From contig JAHRHZ010000023.1 of NCBI GenBank assembly GCA_024137785.1, positions 35,651,085-35,715,084 on the forward strand: DNA of 64,000 nt, written 5' to 3'. The translations under genes were made by a program, and so were the position numbers. Origin of the DNA: Ginglymostoma cirratum. Its lineage: Eukaryota. Position 1 is the stretch's first letter; each line of letters begins with the position of its first letter. The notes beneath the pieces were generated by a model. That model searched no databases. It was not told where the DNA came from and saw only the letters and a program-made list of their open reading frames with translations. Positions 39,676-53,000 of the stretch are shown in pieces.

Positions 39676-40540
39676 GAATACTTATTAAATGATATACATG
39701 GATTCAGTTTACTTGAAACCTTCTAATGGGTTTATTTATAGCTAAGTTAATACATACAGTACAGAGTAATATCTAGACACAGCCCCTGCCTAAGATGTTA
39801 CCATCCAGGTTTGCTGTTGCATCGGATCATACAACGATATCCAGGTACCTTGCTCACCTGTATGTTAAGTTTCTTAAAGGGATATCAATCTTAAAGTGAT
39901 GACGCATGATCCTATTTTCCCTATACTTAGCTTTTGTATGAGTACATGTATGAGTACAGAGATAATGACTGTAAAATTTACAAGTGCAGCAGTCTAAGAA
40001 TCCATGTACTGTTTCAGTGATTTGACAACTTTTCTAGATATTTTTGTGACTTAACCTTCTGAAAATATTGATTTTACTTTTTATTTCTTTTGATTTACAA
40101 ACATGTTGTCGGTGTGTTGGTTGTTGCCCTGCTGTTCCATCACATCAATGGCTGTATTCTTTGTGTTTACTGAATACATTTGATGTCTTATGTATTTTTG
40201 GTAGCTCTTCCATTTCAGCATTGCTTTGTTGCATGTAGACTAAGTCTTACTGGACATTTTCAATTTCACTGCAACTAACCATGTTCTCATTATGGAGTCT
40301 GTGACTCTGAAATTTTGTTCTTGGGGTAGTTGAGATAGTTCTGCACCTGTCTGCTGGCTATGCATCACCTTCATCCTTCATTGTTTGTCAAGACATTGTC
40401 CTATATCTCTGAGAATTTAGATAGGTCATGCCTTGGCAATACCATTCCCAGTTGCCTTCTGAATATGTCCTGTGCTGGTGATAGTAACCCCATGTCCAGA
40501 GGTGTAGTTTTGAGATGTGGCATAACAACATGAAAATCTT

Positions 40541-40739
40541 ATCAGAGATAATAGGAACTGCAGATGCTGGAGAATCCGAGATAACAAGGTGTAGAGCTGG
40601 ATGAACACAGCAGGCCAAGCAGCATCATAGGAGCAGGAAGGCTGACGTTTCGGGCCTAGGGTGTCAGCCCAAAATGTCAGCCTTCCTGCTCTTATGATGC
40701 TGCTTGGCCTGCTGTGTTCATCCAGCTCTACACCTTGTT
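40541..40739. mobile_element. Fold-back PLE mini-element, family A; both arms truncated inside the HHR
   Basis: Inverted arms meet at GGGCCTAGGGTGTCAGCCC. TSD AACATGAAAATCTT at 40527-40540 and 40740-40753. Confidence 0.9.
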
Positions 40740-40904
40740 AACATGAAAATCTTGTTTTGTTCTTCTCCACTTCACAATAAATGATTTAGTAGTGTGAACT
40801 ATTCACTCAGTGAGAACATTTGATCTGGGGTAATTTGATGGGATGTCACATGGTTCATGGCCTTTTTGGCAGGTTGACTGATAGGTTACACCTTCTCGGA
40901 GGTG

Positions 40905-41316
40905 TAGAATCATAGAATCCCTCCAGTGTGGAAACAGGCCCTTCAGCCCAACAAGTTCACACTGACCCTCGCAGCATCCCACCCAGACCCATCCCCCCAA
41001 TCTACACATCCCCGAACACTATGGCCTATTTAGCATGACCAATCCACCTAGCCTGCACATCTTTGGACTGTGGGAGGAAACCTACGCAGATACAGGGAGA
41101 ATGTGCAAACTCCACACAGCCTGAGGCTGGAATTGAACCTGGCTCTCTAGTGCTGTGAGGCTGCAGTGCTAACCACTGTGTTACCGTGCTGCCCACAAAG
41201 GAAACTCACACAGGCACAACATGCAGACTCCAGAAAGTCACCCCAGGCTGGAATTGAACCCAGATCCTTGGTACTGTGAGACAGCTGTGCTAACCACTGT
41301 GCCACCATGTCACCCC
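40905..41316 (-). mobile_element. HE1-like V-SINE (40905-41195) plus an adjacent second 5' head fragment (~41198-41316)
   Basis: TAGAATCATAGAATCCC tail, GGGAGAATGTGCAAACTCCACACA V-domain, and two GGAATTGAACC...GTGCTAACCACTGTG tRNA-like heads. Confidence 0.85.
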
Positions 41317-43499
41317 ATTAATATACTGTTACCTTTGAAACATCCTATGGTTGAACAGTCCAGATTGATTGGTGTAAATTCAAAACTGACTCAACGCAAG
41401 TATATTTGGCCTTTTCTGCTGCCATGAGCATCTAGATAATCTTGTGGATAGTCTCAAAATTGAGATCTACACACTCTAGTTGTGCTGTCACTGCTGTTCT
41501 GTTTCTACCTACACTGTACAATGTTTGTGGTTTCCTTGCTGCATTGCCATAGCTGCATTGCACTGCTCATGTGCCAATGCAATGATGAGCCATTACATGC
41601 AGTTAATCAGGCAATTGTTGGTTGTACCATTGAGATCCAATAATCATTGGACATGTTCAAAATTCAAATTGGTTGTGTATTTGAACTTCCTTCTGTGTTA
41701 ATTTTAGTATCGATTTGGCATCTAGTAGTTTTCTTTGGGCAGATTATTTTGATGGTGGCCAATCTTCTGGTTGCCTGACTTTGCCTGCCCAATTTGTGAT
41801 ATTCACGATGTGGAAAGCTTACTTGTCCTCTGGTTGGAAGTTGTTCCACTGTAGGTCTTGACTAGGGTCGATCTTGTTGTGCACTCTATGTATCAGCCTA
41901 CATTTACACAGTTCTCTTATACACCTCTTCTTGCTGTTGCCATACCTCCGCCTCAATCTTCGAATAGTTGCATCCTGTTGTAGCCTTTGGCCAGGACAAT
42001 AGAGTCAGTTTTCTTGCATAGGCAGGCACAATGTACTTTTACATTGCATTTGCTTTCTGTTGACTCTGACTTATTTCCAAAAATAGCCTGGTCTTTTCTC
42101 CTTTGTTTGAACTTAGTACATTCTTTCTTTGATCAACACTGGGCTCCTGGTGGCCTTTAAATCTTTAAATAGCCTTCAGATAGCATAGTTTGCAATCATC
42201 AGACTGCCAGCATTGACCTGGCCAAATCAGAAGTACTCATAGTTTATAAATAAAATTTGTTTCCTTCTGTGTCCGTACTGTGGGAACTTCTGGATCGCTG
42301 TTATATATTGTTTGCTGGTTCTTACTTTCTTCCACTTCTTTACTTTAAAGAAAATAATCACCTCTGTATACTATGTGGTATGGTGTCCTTACTAAATGTA
42401 ACTCAAATGTGGTATGTGAGTTCTGTTTAAATGAAGGTCACTGGTTGATTTATTAACTAATACAGTACAGTGTAATCTTTAGACACAGGCTTCGCATATT
42501 GGGCTACCTTGCACAGTGGCCGCTGGTCATGTAGTGATACCCAGCTACTGAGTCAACTGCATGTTGACCCACTGAAAGTGATAATTCAACACCTGGGACC
42601 TTCTGAAAAAGTCTCCAACTGCCTGTTAGTGATGAGAACCTGGGACAGTTTCAACTAACTTACCTGTTTAGTTACCCAGGCAATGTTAGATTGAAATATC
42701 CAAATCTAATTCCTGGTTATCTACCAAACTGAACTCCTGACTGTCCCTTCATACCCTCAACCAACTACTCTGAATTCCTCCTGACCTTTCAACTCCACCC
42801 TTTTTGCCATTTCCCCATTTGATACCTCCCTAGTCCCTGACTTCCACCCAACTCCCTGAAACCCAACTCCCTCTGGCCCCCTGAGCTCCCGATTGACTTT
42901 ATGCTCCTTCTTACTTCAACCTGATAATCCACCTAACACAGTTTCAACATAACACTTGTGCCATTCTACCCACTGCAGGTAGTCTACCTAGCCTCTTACT
43001 CAGTGTCCACTTCTGCTTCCACATATCACCTTGCCACCCACCACACTACCAACCTACCATTTTAACTACCTGCCACTGTACCCACCAACCACCAGCATCC
43101 CATCCAGATGTCAGCCTAAGCAGTGGCTTCCAAACCCACCAGCACCTATGCATCTGCCACCCTTCCCTCTGAACCACTTTCCTCACCCAACCACCCATCA
43201 TTCACTCCTCCACACTCATTCACTAACACACTGAAAAGCTGTTGAAATGTTTGAATGTACTCTTGTCAGAATATGGCAACTAGAGGTGCAAAAAGATGGC
43301 ATGATTTGTATCTCCCCACCTCCTTCCCCTGACAATGATCCAGCACTATGTGGGATCTCTTGAATGGATGACTGCGTTATATTTCTAAAGATGTTTTCAT
43401 CAGAACTCTTGGCAAGAAATGTCAATTTCCATCACTGCACGTATAAATAGATGTGGAGCGACAGCCTGACATTGATTGCACCAAATGGAAGGTTCAGGT

Positions 43500-44230
43500 C
43501 AAAAGTTGTAAGGAACTCTATGCAATTGGAATCAGTGAGATACAGCCAAGGAAGAAGTGAAACTAGACCTAAAGATTTGGAAACAATAGACGGAGGAAGG
43601 AGTGGGATGGACTAGAAGGAGTAGACAAACTTATTAGAAATAAAATAATGGTGATAGAAAAATGTGACACAACCATCAAAAGACAGAAATAGGATCCATT
43701 TGAATAGAAATGAAAGATAATAAAGGATTAACCACTGTAATATGGCCAGTCAACTAATCTTGTGTAAGGGGATGGAGAAAGAGATATGCAAACAATTTTA
43801 AATTAGTTCAAAAAATCAGAGAATAATAAGCATAGGAGGCTTCACTATTCTGAAAATAATTGGCAAAAAGAGGTAGATAAAGTGAGTAAATTTAACAAAG
43901 TTCCTGTACTGTGTCTATGATTCTGTTCTAACCCAATCTGTTAACAGCCAGTGAGGGTGGAATCATTAGTTTATCTGGTGAAAGTGGAACTCACCTAAAG
44001 CATATAAGTAGTAGAGTATTTTGGAAATAGTGATCATAATACAATATCAGTTTGGATCAGATTTGAGAGGGCCAAAAAGACCAGTGTGATAAATTGGAGA
44101 GGTGCCAAATTTAAGGAGCTAAAGGTAGAAGTTTAGAAACAAAACTGACAATAATTTTAATAAAAAATGTACAGCAGGAATGGTAAACGTTTTAAATATA
44201 ATTTCGTTCAAGGTTCCTGGAAAAGACTTC
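43500..44230 (+). mobile_element. Decayed CR1 endonuclease region
   Basis: A-rich relic with CR1 APE-domain traces (e.g. TTTGGAAATAGTGATCATAAT = xGNSDHN). Confidence 0.5.
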
Positions 44231-44500
44231 TAAAATAAAGCAACATACCTAAATATTAATGAAATATAATGGATGAATGAAAAGCATAAGAAAACACAAG
44301 AATGAAAAATTTACAAAGTTTAAAACAAAACGTTAAAAAAGGAATAGCATTATAACTTATGCAGGTCTTCATGTGATGATCAATGAACGAGAAACTATTC
44401 ATCCTGGGTGGCTGCAGGACATGTATTTTAACCAACATGATTCATGACTAAATTGTCTAGTTTGGTATGGAATAGACAAAATCAACAGATACAGACAATA

Positions 44501-44634
44501 AAAGCCAAAAGAACAGTGGATGCTGTAAATCAGAAACAAAAACAGAAATTGATGTAAAAACTCAGAGGTCTGGCAGCATCTGTGGAGACAAATCAGAGTT
44601 AACGTTACATGTCCAGTGACCCTTCCTCAGAAGT
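44501..44634 (-). mobile_element. PLE tail (family B)
   Basis: Minus strand CTGAGGAAGGGTCACTGGACATGTAACGTTAACTCTG... flanked by AGACAATA at 44493-44500 and 44635-44642. Confidence 0.8.
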
Positions 44635-44665
44635 AGACAATACCAGAATATGCCCTCTTAAACTT

Positions 44666-44798
44666 AATAAAAATCTAAAGAACGAAAAGAACTTCCTCAA
44701 TTCCGAAGAAGGGTCACTGGACCCGAAACATTAACTCTGATTTCTCTCCGCAGATGCTGCCAGGTCTGCTGAGATTTTCCAGCAATTTCTGTTTTTGC
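44666..44798 (+). mobile_element. PLE tail (family B) with short inverted terminal stub
   Basis: CCGAAGA-A-GGGTCACTGGACCC-GAAAC-ATT. TSD TGCCCTCTTAAACTT 44651-44665 / TGCCTTCTTAAACTT 44799-44813. Confidence 0.8.
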
Positions 44799-45253
44799 TG
44801 CCTTCTTAAACTTTATGTCCTGACTGAACTCCACAACACAGACCCCTTATATCAAAGCAGATATTACACAAAGGTATCATGTCAATACCAAGATCTGGAT
44901 ATTGACAATATTTGGAGCTGGTTGTCATAAGAAGATGTGACTGTCCAGCATTCTCCGAACCTACACCTACTACCACATAAACTGTGACACTAGTTACTCT
45001 CTTGTCAGCAGCAGAGTGAAAGTGTGCTTCTTGCCAACTTCCAGAGGTCTTACCAATCCATACAAGTCCCTCCATGCATCCATATCCCTTTAACAAGAAA
45101 TAATACAAAATTCCAGCACTTCACACTTTATTGCTAGATGTCCACTAAATGTTTAGTATGAAACAGCAATGCCTTGTTTCGACAAAGCTTGCAAGGCACT
45201 AATCTCAGTCATCTATGATGCAGCAGATGCACCATTTCATAAGGTGAAATTTG

Positions 45254-46075
45254 TGTTACAAAGCAGCAGTGTAGCCTCCTCTGATAACTAAAACCAAAAC
45301 TCCCAGAGAGGCTTACCTCACCCTATAATCTGTTAAAAGCAGTGTGAACAGTGGTATAACCGGCCTGTCACCTCCAATCTGTTATAAAGGAGTGGTTAAA
45401 TGAAACAAACGCCTGACACTCACACTATAATCAACAAGTAACGAATTATTTATCTGTCTCAAAAAGTGAACAAATTAACTGAACTATTAACAAACTGAAT
45501 AATTCCCCTCCTAACTATTAACTATTCCCGAATAAAACAAAATTATAATGGTATACTATTCTAATAAATATATGTCCCACTTACCTAAACCAAAACAAAA
45601 AAAAACTTAGTCTCTCAAAATTACAGGCTACATCTTCCAGAATGTTCTGTGCCTTCTGTCAGGAATGTTCTCTCTGTGAAGCCTTCTGTCTGGAATATTA
45701 ACTAAGAGTGCCATGGTACCTTTATTAATTAAATGATGCTTTCTCTAAGAACAGAGAAGGCTGATCTCTTATCAGATGGCAGTTTCTCTCCCGATTTTCC
45801 AAATGCCCTCATCTTTTATACCCTTGATAGCATATCAATTTCTTACAGTATGGTTGGCCCTGGTTTAAATTAATTGGCAAAATTCAAATACGTTGTCTTG
45901 AAAAAAATACTGCTTTGCCAGCTAACAGTACAGCCTTTTGATACAACTGTTATAATTCACATGCTCGGTCCACCTGCAAAATCACAAGTTGCTTAAAGAC
46001 GAATTTTTTTTCTCTCCAAGCCTAGAAAAAGCACATCATGTTTTAAAGGGACCACAGACTGCTTTCCCCTTATCA
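45254..46075. mobile_element. Possible solo LTR
   Basis: Block begins TGTTACA and ends TTATCA, with reverse-strand AATAAA/TATA-like motifs. No clean TSD. Confidence 0.35.
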
Positions 46076-47989
46076 TTTTATGAACACCGATATTTTACAA
46101 ACACCAAATTCTAATGTCCTGCCTTCCAAGTCACAAGTACTCTACTCAAATTTGCAACACGCGCCACAAAGAGACCTTAGAACCCACTCAGCTGAAATGA
46201 TATCTGCACTGATGCAAAACAAAGTCTATGTAATGCACAACAAAAACCCAACAGGTAAAACATTAAATTTATCCTACATACATTTGTAAAAGGTAGAAAG
46301 ATACCGTATAAATAAACAATAGATCAAATTATGTCAAGAAATTCAAATTACTCGTGGCAATTGCTTAGGAAAAAAAGACATAGATTGTAAAGCTTTTCTA
46401 TACAGTTCACGGGAGACCCTGGCTCCTAGGGGAAGCAGGTAGTTCAGAATTGTTAGAAAATATGTTACCACATTGAGAGCTATTTATTGGAGTTATTAAT
46501 GTCCTCCATTAATAACACCCATATTAACTGAAACAATTTCTTTAAATATCAAAATATTTGGATGGAATGAATCTATCAAGTTGACTCCAATAATAAAGTA
46601 TACTGACCATTTGCTTTTCTTTTGTTTCTGAGGTTTAATGGGAAAATATGCCCTGCAAGTGGCAGGATCTTATTGTACAGGGTTATACAGATAAAGTTAG
46701 ATGAGACAGAATGGAGGAGGCGTGAGTGGCATATAAATGCAAGCATAGATTGATTTGGCTGAATGACCTGCTGCCATGTTGCATTTTCTGTATAATTCTA
46801 CGTAATCTATTTGTTACACTTTTAGGTCTAAATTTCATGTTTTCATTTGCCATGTCAAGAAGACCTTATTACTGTATACATCAAAAATATCATTAGGCCT
46901 AGACGAAAATGTGTGTTTTCTTTGTTTCCCTTCACTTCCACATCATTTATTAATATCCATTCCTGCTGCATTGGATTTGTCTTGATAAAAGTACCATTAT
47001 TGTTGACACTGGATATGGCATGTTGAAAATGTAGGTCTCCTTTGCTCAATGTCTATTATGACTCACCCCTTTCATTCCCCATTATCCTGAAAACCAAAAG
47101 GTTTCTGTCACCCACCGAGATCTGGAATTGCTAGTGTTCTGTCATGTTGACAAAGGTGACCCCTGTAATCTGACAGGAAGGGTTGTGGCAGTGCATGGTG
47201 CTTTACCTTTGTATTCCAGTTTAATAGACTGAGGAAAAATTACATGCTTGAGTTTTCATATTACTTCATTTCAGGTTAAATATCCCTTGCCCAGTAGTCA
47301 CTTCATCATCATGTTCCTGTGTGGTGACCCAAGCTGAACTGAGCATCTAAGAATGTTCTGTTTATTTGCTGTATAATAATCTATTCAATCACCTCTTGGT
47401 CACTGCATTCCCATCATACCCTGTTATAATGTTTATGTGCCATTCTCCATAGCTTATCTAAAAGAGAATATTATGGTGGTGCTGATCCATGACTCCCTGA
47501 TCCATCATTTGCTGAGATTAAAGCACAGGAGGCCATCAGCAGTGGCTGTTGGGTAATGGCTCCCCTGGCAGACATTAGATAGTGGATGCATGGGAGAAGT
47601 GAGTGGCATCTGTGCAAGCACATTCAGCAAAACAGCTAATTCCATTAATTGTGCTTCATGGTTCATTTCTTCTGATTACATTTTTAAATCAGTGCTTCAT
47701 TGTTTTCCCTCATTTGCCAAATGAAAATTGCTATGATTGGTTCTTCTCATTTTCTTTCTATGTTTTCTAAATAAAGCAAGAAGGTTTGAAATGTTGGTCA
47801 GGAAAGCTGTATTTCAAAGTGTTGCAGTGTGTGGCTATTATTTAAGCCCATTCCATCACTGTCTATAGACAATTCACGATACAATGCTGGTTGGAAAATG
47901 CTGTACTTTTTGGCCATCTGTCTTATTAGAAAAAAGGTGGCATGTTAAAACAATTAGAATAAGAAAAGAAACACAGCCTGGATGGTAAG

Positions 47990-48330
47990 AATTTATAAGT
48001 TGTATGAGACATGGGGCTTTGGTTTGTAGATACACAGGTCATTAAAGGAGATCTCAGGAAAGATAAGACTAACAAAGGTAAAAGGACTTCTTGGTTTTGA
48101 ATTGAGACAGTATAGAACCGAAAACTAAAACATTACATTGAGCTCTAAAATCTTGTTTGGACTTACTTTGGATTATTGTGTGCACTTTATCATACCATTT
48201 TAGGAAAGACGTAAAAGTATTGGAAGGCTGGATTCACTGCAGTGTAACCAACAATGGAGGTTGACAGTAATGAAAAGAAATTTATCCACTGCAACTAAAA
48301 TGGTTAAAGAGTATTATGATTGAGGTATTG
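47990..48330 (+). mobile_element. Decayed CR1 ORF2 C-terminal fragment
   Basis: TTGGATTATTGTGTGCACTTT..CCATTTTAGGAAAGACGTAAAAGTATTGGAAGG resembles LEYCVQFWxPxxxKDVxxLE. Confidence 0.55.
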
Positions 48331-48903
48331 TGGTTGGGAGTCTTCAGATTTGCTTTAGAATTTAGGACCTATTTCTTCAATTCTCAAGCTTCACATTTTG
48401 GTGAACCGATAAAAAGAAAACTTAAAAATCTTGTTTCGTATGGGGATGAATTTCTGTTGTAGAGTGTCCACTAGTTTGCAGTAAGATGTAGAATTTTGTT
48501 AATAATTCTGAAGCCAACCAGCTTATTTAAAGAGCTCAACTGATCATTTGAGATAGCTATTTTAACATCTAAACAGCAATATTAGATCAACTAAACTAAT
48601 TAGAACAGCTAGCCGATTGTAATGTTAGGGGTAGGCTCCTTATACAGGGTGACCTGTGACTACTCCTGCAACCAGCAAGGCCAGGATTTTTCTGGATCCA
48701 GTCGCTGGTCTGCCACTGAACGTCCATTTCCAGGTAATTAAACTGCTCTTGCCGCTCGCTGGAAACTGGAAAATAATGAGATTATTCTATTGACCTCCTT
48801 TAATTGGGATGGAGTTAGGGAACTGGCACTCCGAGTGGGAGCTTTTTCAAGCTCGCATCTACCATTGACCCTGCTCTCAATGACAACTGATAATCCAGGG
48901 CGA

Positions 48904-49023
48904 AAGACAGTAAGAACTGCAGATGCTGGAGTCAGAGACAGTGTGGAGCTGGAGGAACACAGCAGGTCAGGCAGCATCAGAAGAACAGGAAAGTTGATGT
49001 TTCGGTTCGGGACCCTTCTTCAA
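48904..49023 (-). mobile_element. PLE tail (family A variant)
   Basis: Minus strand TTGAAGAAGGGTCCCGAACCGAAACATC...TGCTGTGTTCCTCCAGCTCCACAC...CTCCAGCATCTGCAG. Confidence 0.8.
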
Positions 49024-49924
49024 GGTGCAATGAGGTTCAAGTTATCAAATTAGAACTCGGAATTTTGTGATTTCAGCAGTTCTGCCTAGAGTGCAGCATT
49101 TCATTCTTTGTAACCTCATTTAACATTCAGTTAAAAGCTCCTATGGCATTTTAAATTTTTATAGAAATCCAGTAGAATACAAATATGCTAAAACAAACCA
49201 ATATCCAAATAAAGCTATTTATTTTAAATGATCACACTACTGCATCAATATGGACAGCATTATTGATGCTCCCATTCTTTACTGCTCACTAGTCAGGTTT
49301 TCTAAAGCTCCAGTTATAATTTTGTATCCTTATTCTGCAGGGGATTGTTTCGATTTGAGGATTTTTACTGTAACTGCATTTGTGTGATAAGGGATTTTTA
49401 ACACTCGGGCATCTTCTGCTACATAACTTCATTTTGCATGTACTTACCAGATTTCATTTCTGGGTCAAAAAGAAGGCAGATTGATTGGGGAGAGCGTTCG
49501 AAAAAATGCTTCCTTCCTCAGATTGGTGACCTGTGGCAACATTGAAAGGGACAATCTCTGTGTCACAGTGTCCTGAGCTGTAGTGAATCCTATTAATGTT
49601 CCATGCTGCAGAAAATCCAGGACACATGTGCAAACCTGTGCAGTATTGCTCAAAGTCTAGTCTTTCATTTTATCACTTTGAAAAATATGTACTGCGCATG
49701 CTTAAGCATGAAGATTAAATCTCAACAAGTCTATTTTAATATTTTATCTCTTTGCGAGTCCAAACAGACCGTGTTGGATTTGGTTAGCTGCCTTGTCACT
49801 GTAGGTGTTTGCTCCTCACTCAAATAAAAGCAGCTTAAGAATTTTACACTAAAAATCCATTGGCTTAGAAATTGGATCATGTTGTTCTTGTTTCTCTTGT
49901 GCAAAACAGGTGCCATAGGATATA

Positions 49925-50076
49925 AACCCTTCATCAGAAAATGTTTTTCTGATGAAGGGTCTAGGCCCGAAACGTCAAGCTTCCCTGCTCCTATGATGCT
50001 GCTTGACCTGCTGTGTTCATCCAGCCCCACGCCTTGTTATCTCAGATTCTCCAGCATCTGCAGTACCTTTTAGCTC
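49925..50076 (+). mobile_element. PLE mini-element (family A) with intact HHR core and 16-bp inverted stub
   Basis: ACCCTTCATCAGAAAA (49926-49941) is inverted against 49945-49960. CTGATGA 49949-49955, GAAAC 49969-49973, GTC 49974-49976. TSD TGCCATAGGATATA at 49911-49924 and 50077-50090. Confidence 0.9.
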
Positions 50077-53000
50077 TGCCATAGGATATAGTAGGTGGAT
50101 CGCAAGTATGAACCCATTCCTTGCTGTAACTTTGCTACACAAGGATAGGGTGTAGACATCCAGTGACAGGCAAAGATGTTTAGTTAACGTCTACTATTTA
50201 TGCTATTTGTAGGTCTTTTCTCCAAAATCATTCTTCCAAGGATTTTGCTGGATGTGCCATTATCTTACCCAGTTAATCCAGGAAAGCTAGCTAAAGGGTT
50301 CATTCTCTCCATACCAGTTCTTGGTTGATTTTTGCTGTTATACTCCGGTTAAGTGACAGAAATTTTTATTGTTCAATGAATTTTGATTTCCAGGAATAGC
50401 AATGTGATTGTGCATGATTGCTTTGGTCCACTTTGCAAACAGTTTATTCCAGTTACAGCTAGCTTGCTAGACTGATCCTTGGGGTTGGGAAACAAGAGCA
50501 ATCTATGAAGCAGGCAATAGAGAGGAGGAGAAGCTGGGGAGAGACCGAGGAGACACTGTACCAAGAGCTGCTCACTTTAGACCATAGGACACAGCTGAAC
50601 ACATCCTATTTTGGTCAGCAGTAGGCCAAAAGAACATTAAAGAGTTTTGCCTTTAAAATTAATCAGGTCTCCATGAAAGTCTGTGGTGGGAATTTAGATG
50701 ATTATCACGACCTTCAATCAAGAAGTTAAAATCCACCCTTTAGAATCCATAGTTCAGGGTAAAATTTCTGAGCACTTTGACAGATTCATCGACAACCAGC
50801 TATACAGATTGTGTGAGACCTCAAGAAATTACCTGCTTTATATTTTTTTTAATGCATTATTTATTCAGCATTCTGTGTATAATATGTCATTGGTTGCAAA
50901 CACACCTTCTGTTAGTGTTTTTTGCGAAAAGTCAATCCACCCCTTAGGGACTAGTCTCCTCAGGGAAAGGAAATACTTTGCTCTGGATTGGTCATGTTAT
51001 TCTTCTATTTTACCACTTCAACATACATGCAGTGTCCCCTGTTTTGTATTTTGTTTTAAACTAACATGATACATGATACATCAGAAACCCTTCCCAACCT
51101 GCATTCTCTGGGTTCAGTGCAAAATATTAGTTAAAGGCAAGTTGTATTTCACATCGTTAATACTAAGTTTGAGAACAAGAACTTGAAGATTGCATAAATT
51201 GTAATAAAATTGTGTATGGTTCCATAAACTACTTCATCTTTCAGAAATTGTTAATTGTAAAAATCCACCTTTATGTTATGAAGAAGTGAGGAATTATGCG
51301 TCAAAGCTTTATTAATGTACATTTGAGGGTGAATGGGTATTACTAGAACTGGAGAAGCAGTGGGCTCACTCCTAAATTTGATCCTGATGATTTGTACTTA
51401 GGTATAGGGAACACACTGTCAAAACTTGGGGAAAACATTAATTTACGAGCTTCCAAAATATTTAAGAGGACAGGGAAAGAATTCAGGATTATAGATACAA
51501 TTTAATGGAATGAACAAGAGAGTTGGCAACTGCAATTAAATGTGAATAAATTTGAATCTTTGCTGAAAAGAGACGTTTTTCTGAAGCCCTCTCTCTTGCA
51601 CTCACCAGGACAAATGCAAAAATGCTAAGTTTCAAATGATCACCATTTATATTATAGAAGAAAAGGCTGCTCATTAGTTGGTAATTTGACTCTAATTGAC
51701 TGAGACATTGCCATGAATAAACCAACAGAGATCTAAGTCTCCTCAAACTCCCAGCTAATTCAAAAAAGGTGCAATGCTGAATATATTCTATTTGATTGTA
51801 GAGAACTGGTCCCTCTGTATGGATATATGCCGCATCTGTGTAAATGAGCCATGTTCTGACTCAACCGATCATCTTAAATTAGTTGTAAGTGAAGCTATTA
51901 GCTACTCACAGTTGTTCAGCAAGTGCTATCTAATTGTGGAATCACATCTGACAGCTAATGGTTTGGTTCTGATTCTGCAAGCACAGGGTCATTGAGTACT
52001 GTCTGTAATACGAACAATAGAAGAACCATGCCAGTGTATTTGATCAACAAATCATTGGAAAGCATGGTCTATGTACCTACCATTGCACTTGCCCTGAAAT
52101 TCATAAACAATGTTACTCAATAGTGTAGTAGGCAAAATGCCATTTTGGATTTTTGGCAGCTTTGTGTTACTGGGAAATATCACTGATTTAGGTACTATGT
52201 TGCAGTGGTGCAAAGCAAGTTGCTTAGCATGTTGTTCAAATTTTTGAGATACTTTGTTTTTTCAGCATAATTCGACGAAGGGTGGACAATTTTCTGGCCC
52301 AGAACTGGTGTCATTTGGCCCATTTGTGAGTTTGTATGGTATACAGTGCATAGTGGTCTGATCAGGCTAGCCATTTCCCCACAGAATGGCTTTGACATAT
52401 GTCACATCTCTAAGATGAGCAAATAGTTAAGGCCCTATTTAAAAATTGCTAGTAAGGCCAATTTTATAGAACATAGGAAGTAGGTTTATAACAGACTCCT
52501 GACATAGAGCAGCCCAAAACGTTCCCTTTTCTTGATATGTTTAGTTGTGAAATCTGCAAATGGGTTCTCTACTGACCCCTGCTCCAAAGTTAAAAAGTCT
52601 AAGAATGAGTATTTTTCACCATCTTAGAAAAATATTGAACAGGTGTTGAAACTAAAGGATAAAGACAGTGTCAACTCCACACTGGAACCTGCTTTTCGAT
52701 AAAATGAATGAAATCCCCGTTTTTGCTGTCCTTTTGTAATCTTAAGCAAAGAATATCATTGCAACATTTGTAAAATTTTGTAAATCATTGGTAAACTATG
52801 TCCCTTGTCACTTTACATTTCAGTGAATGAATAAATGGTAACATTCTGTGCGCTGCAGTCTTAAGAACTAAAATGACATTTAGGAAAAACATCCTAGATG
52901 ACATTCTTCTAGGTGGAGATCTCGAGGCAGGAGGTGAAGTTAATTAGGTAAGTTGGTGCCGTAGCAGAATTCCATCCCATTCCCAATCTTTCTTCAATTA

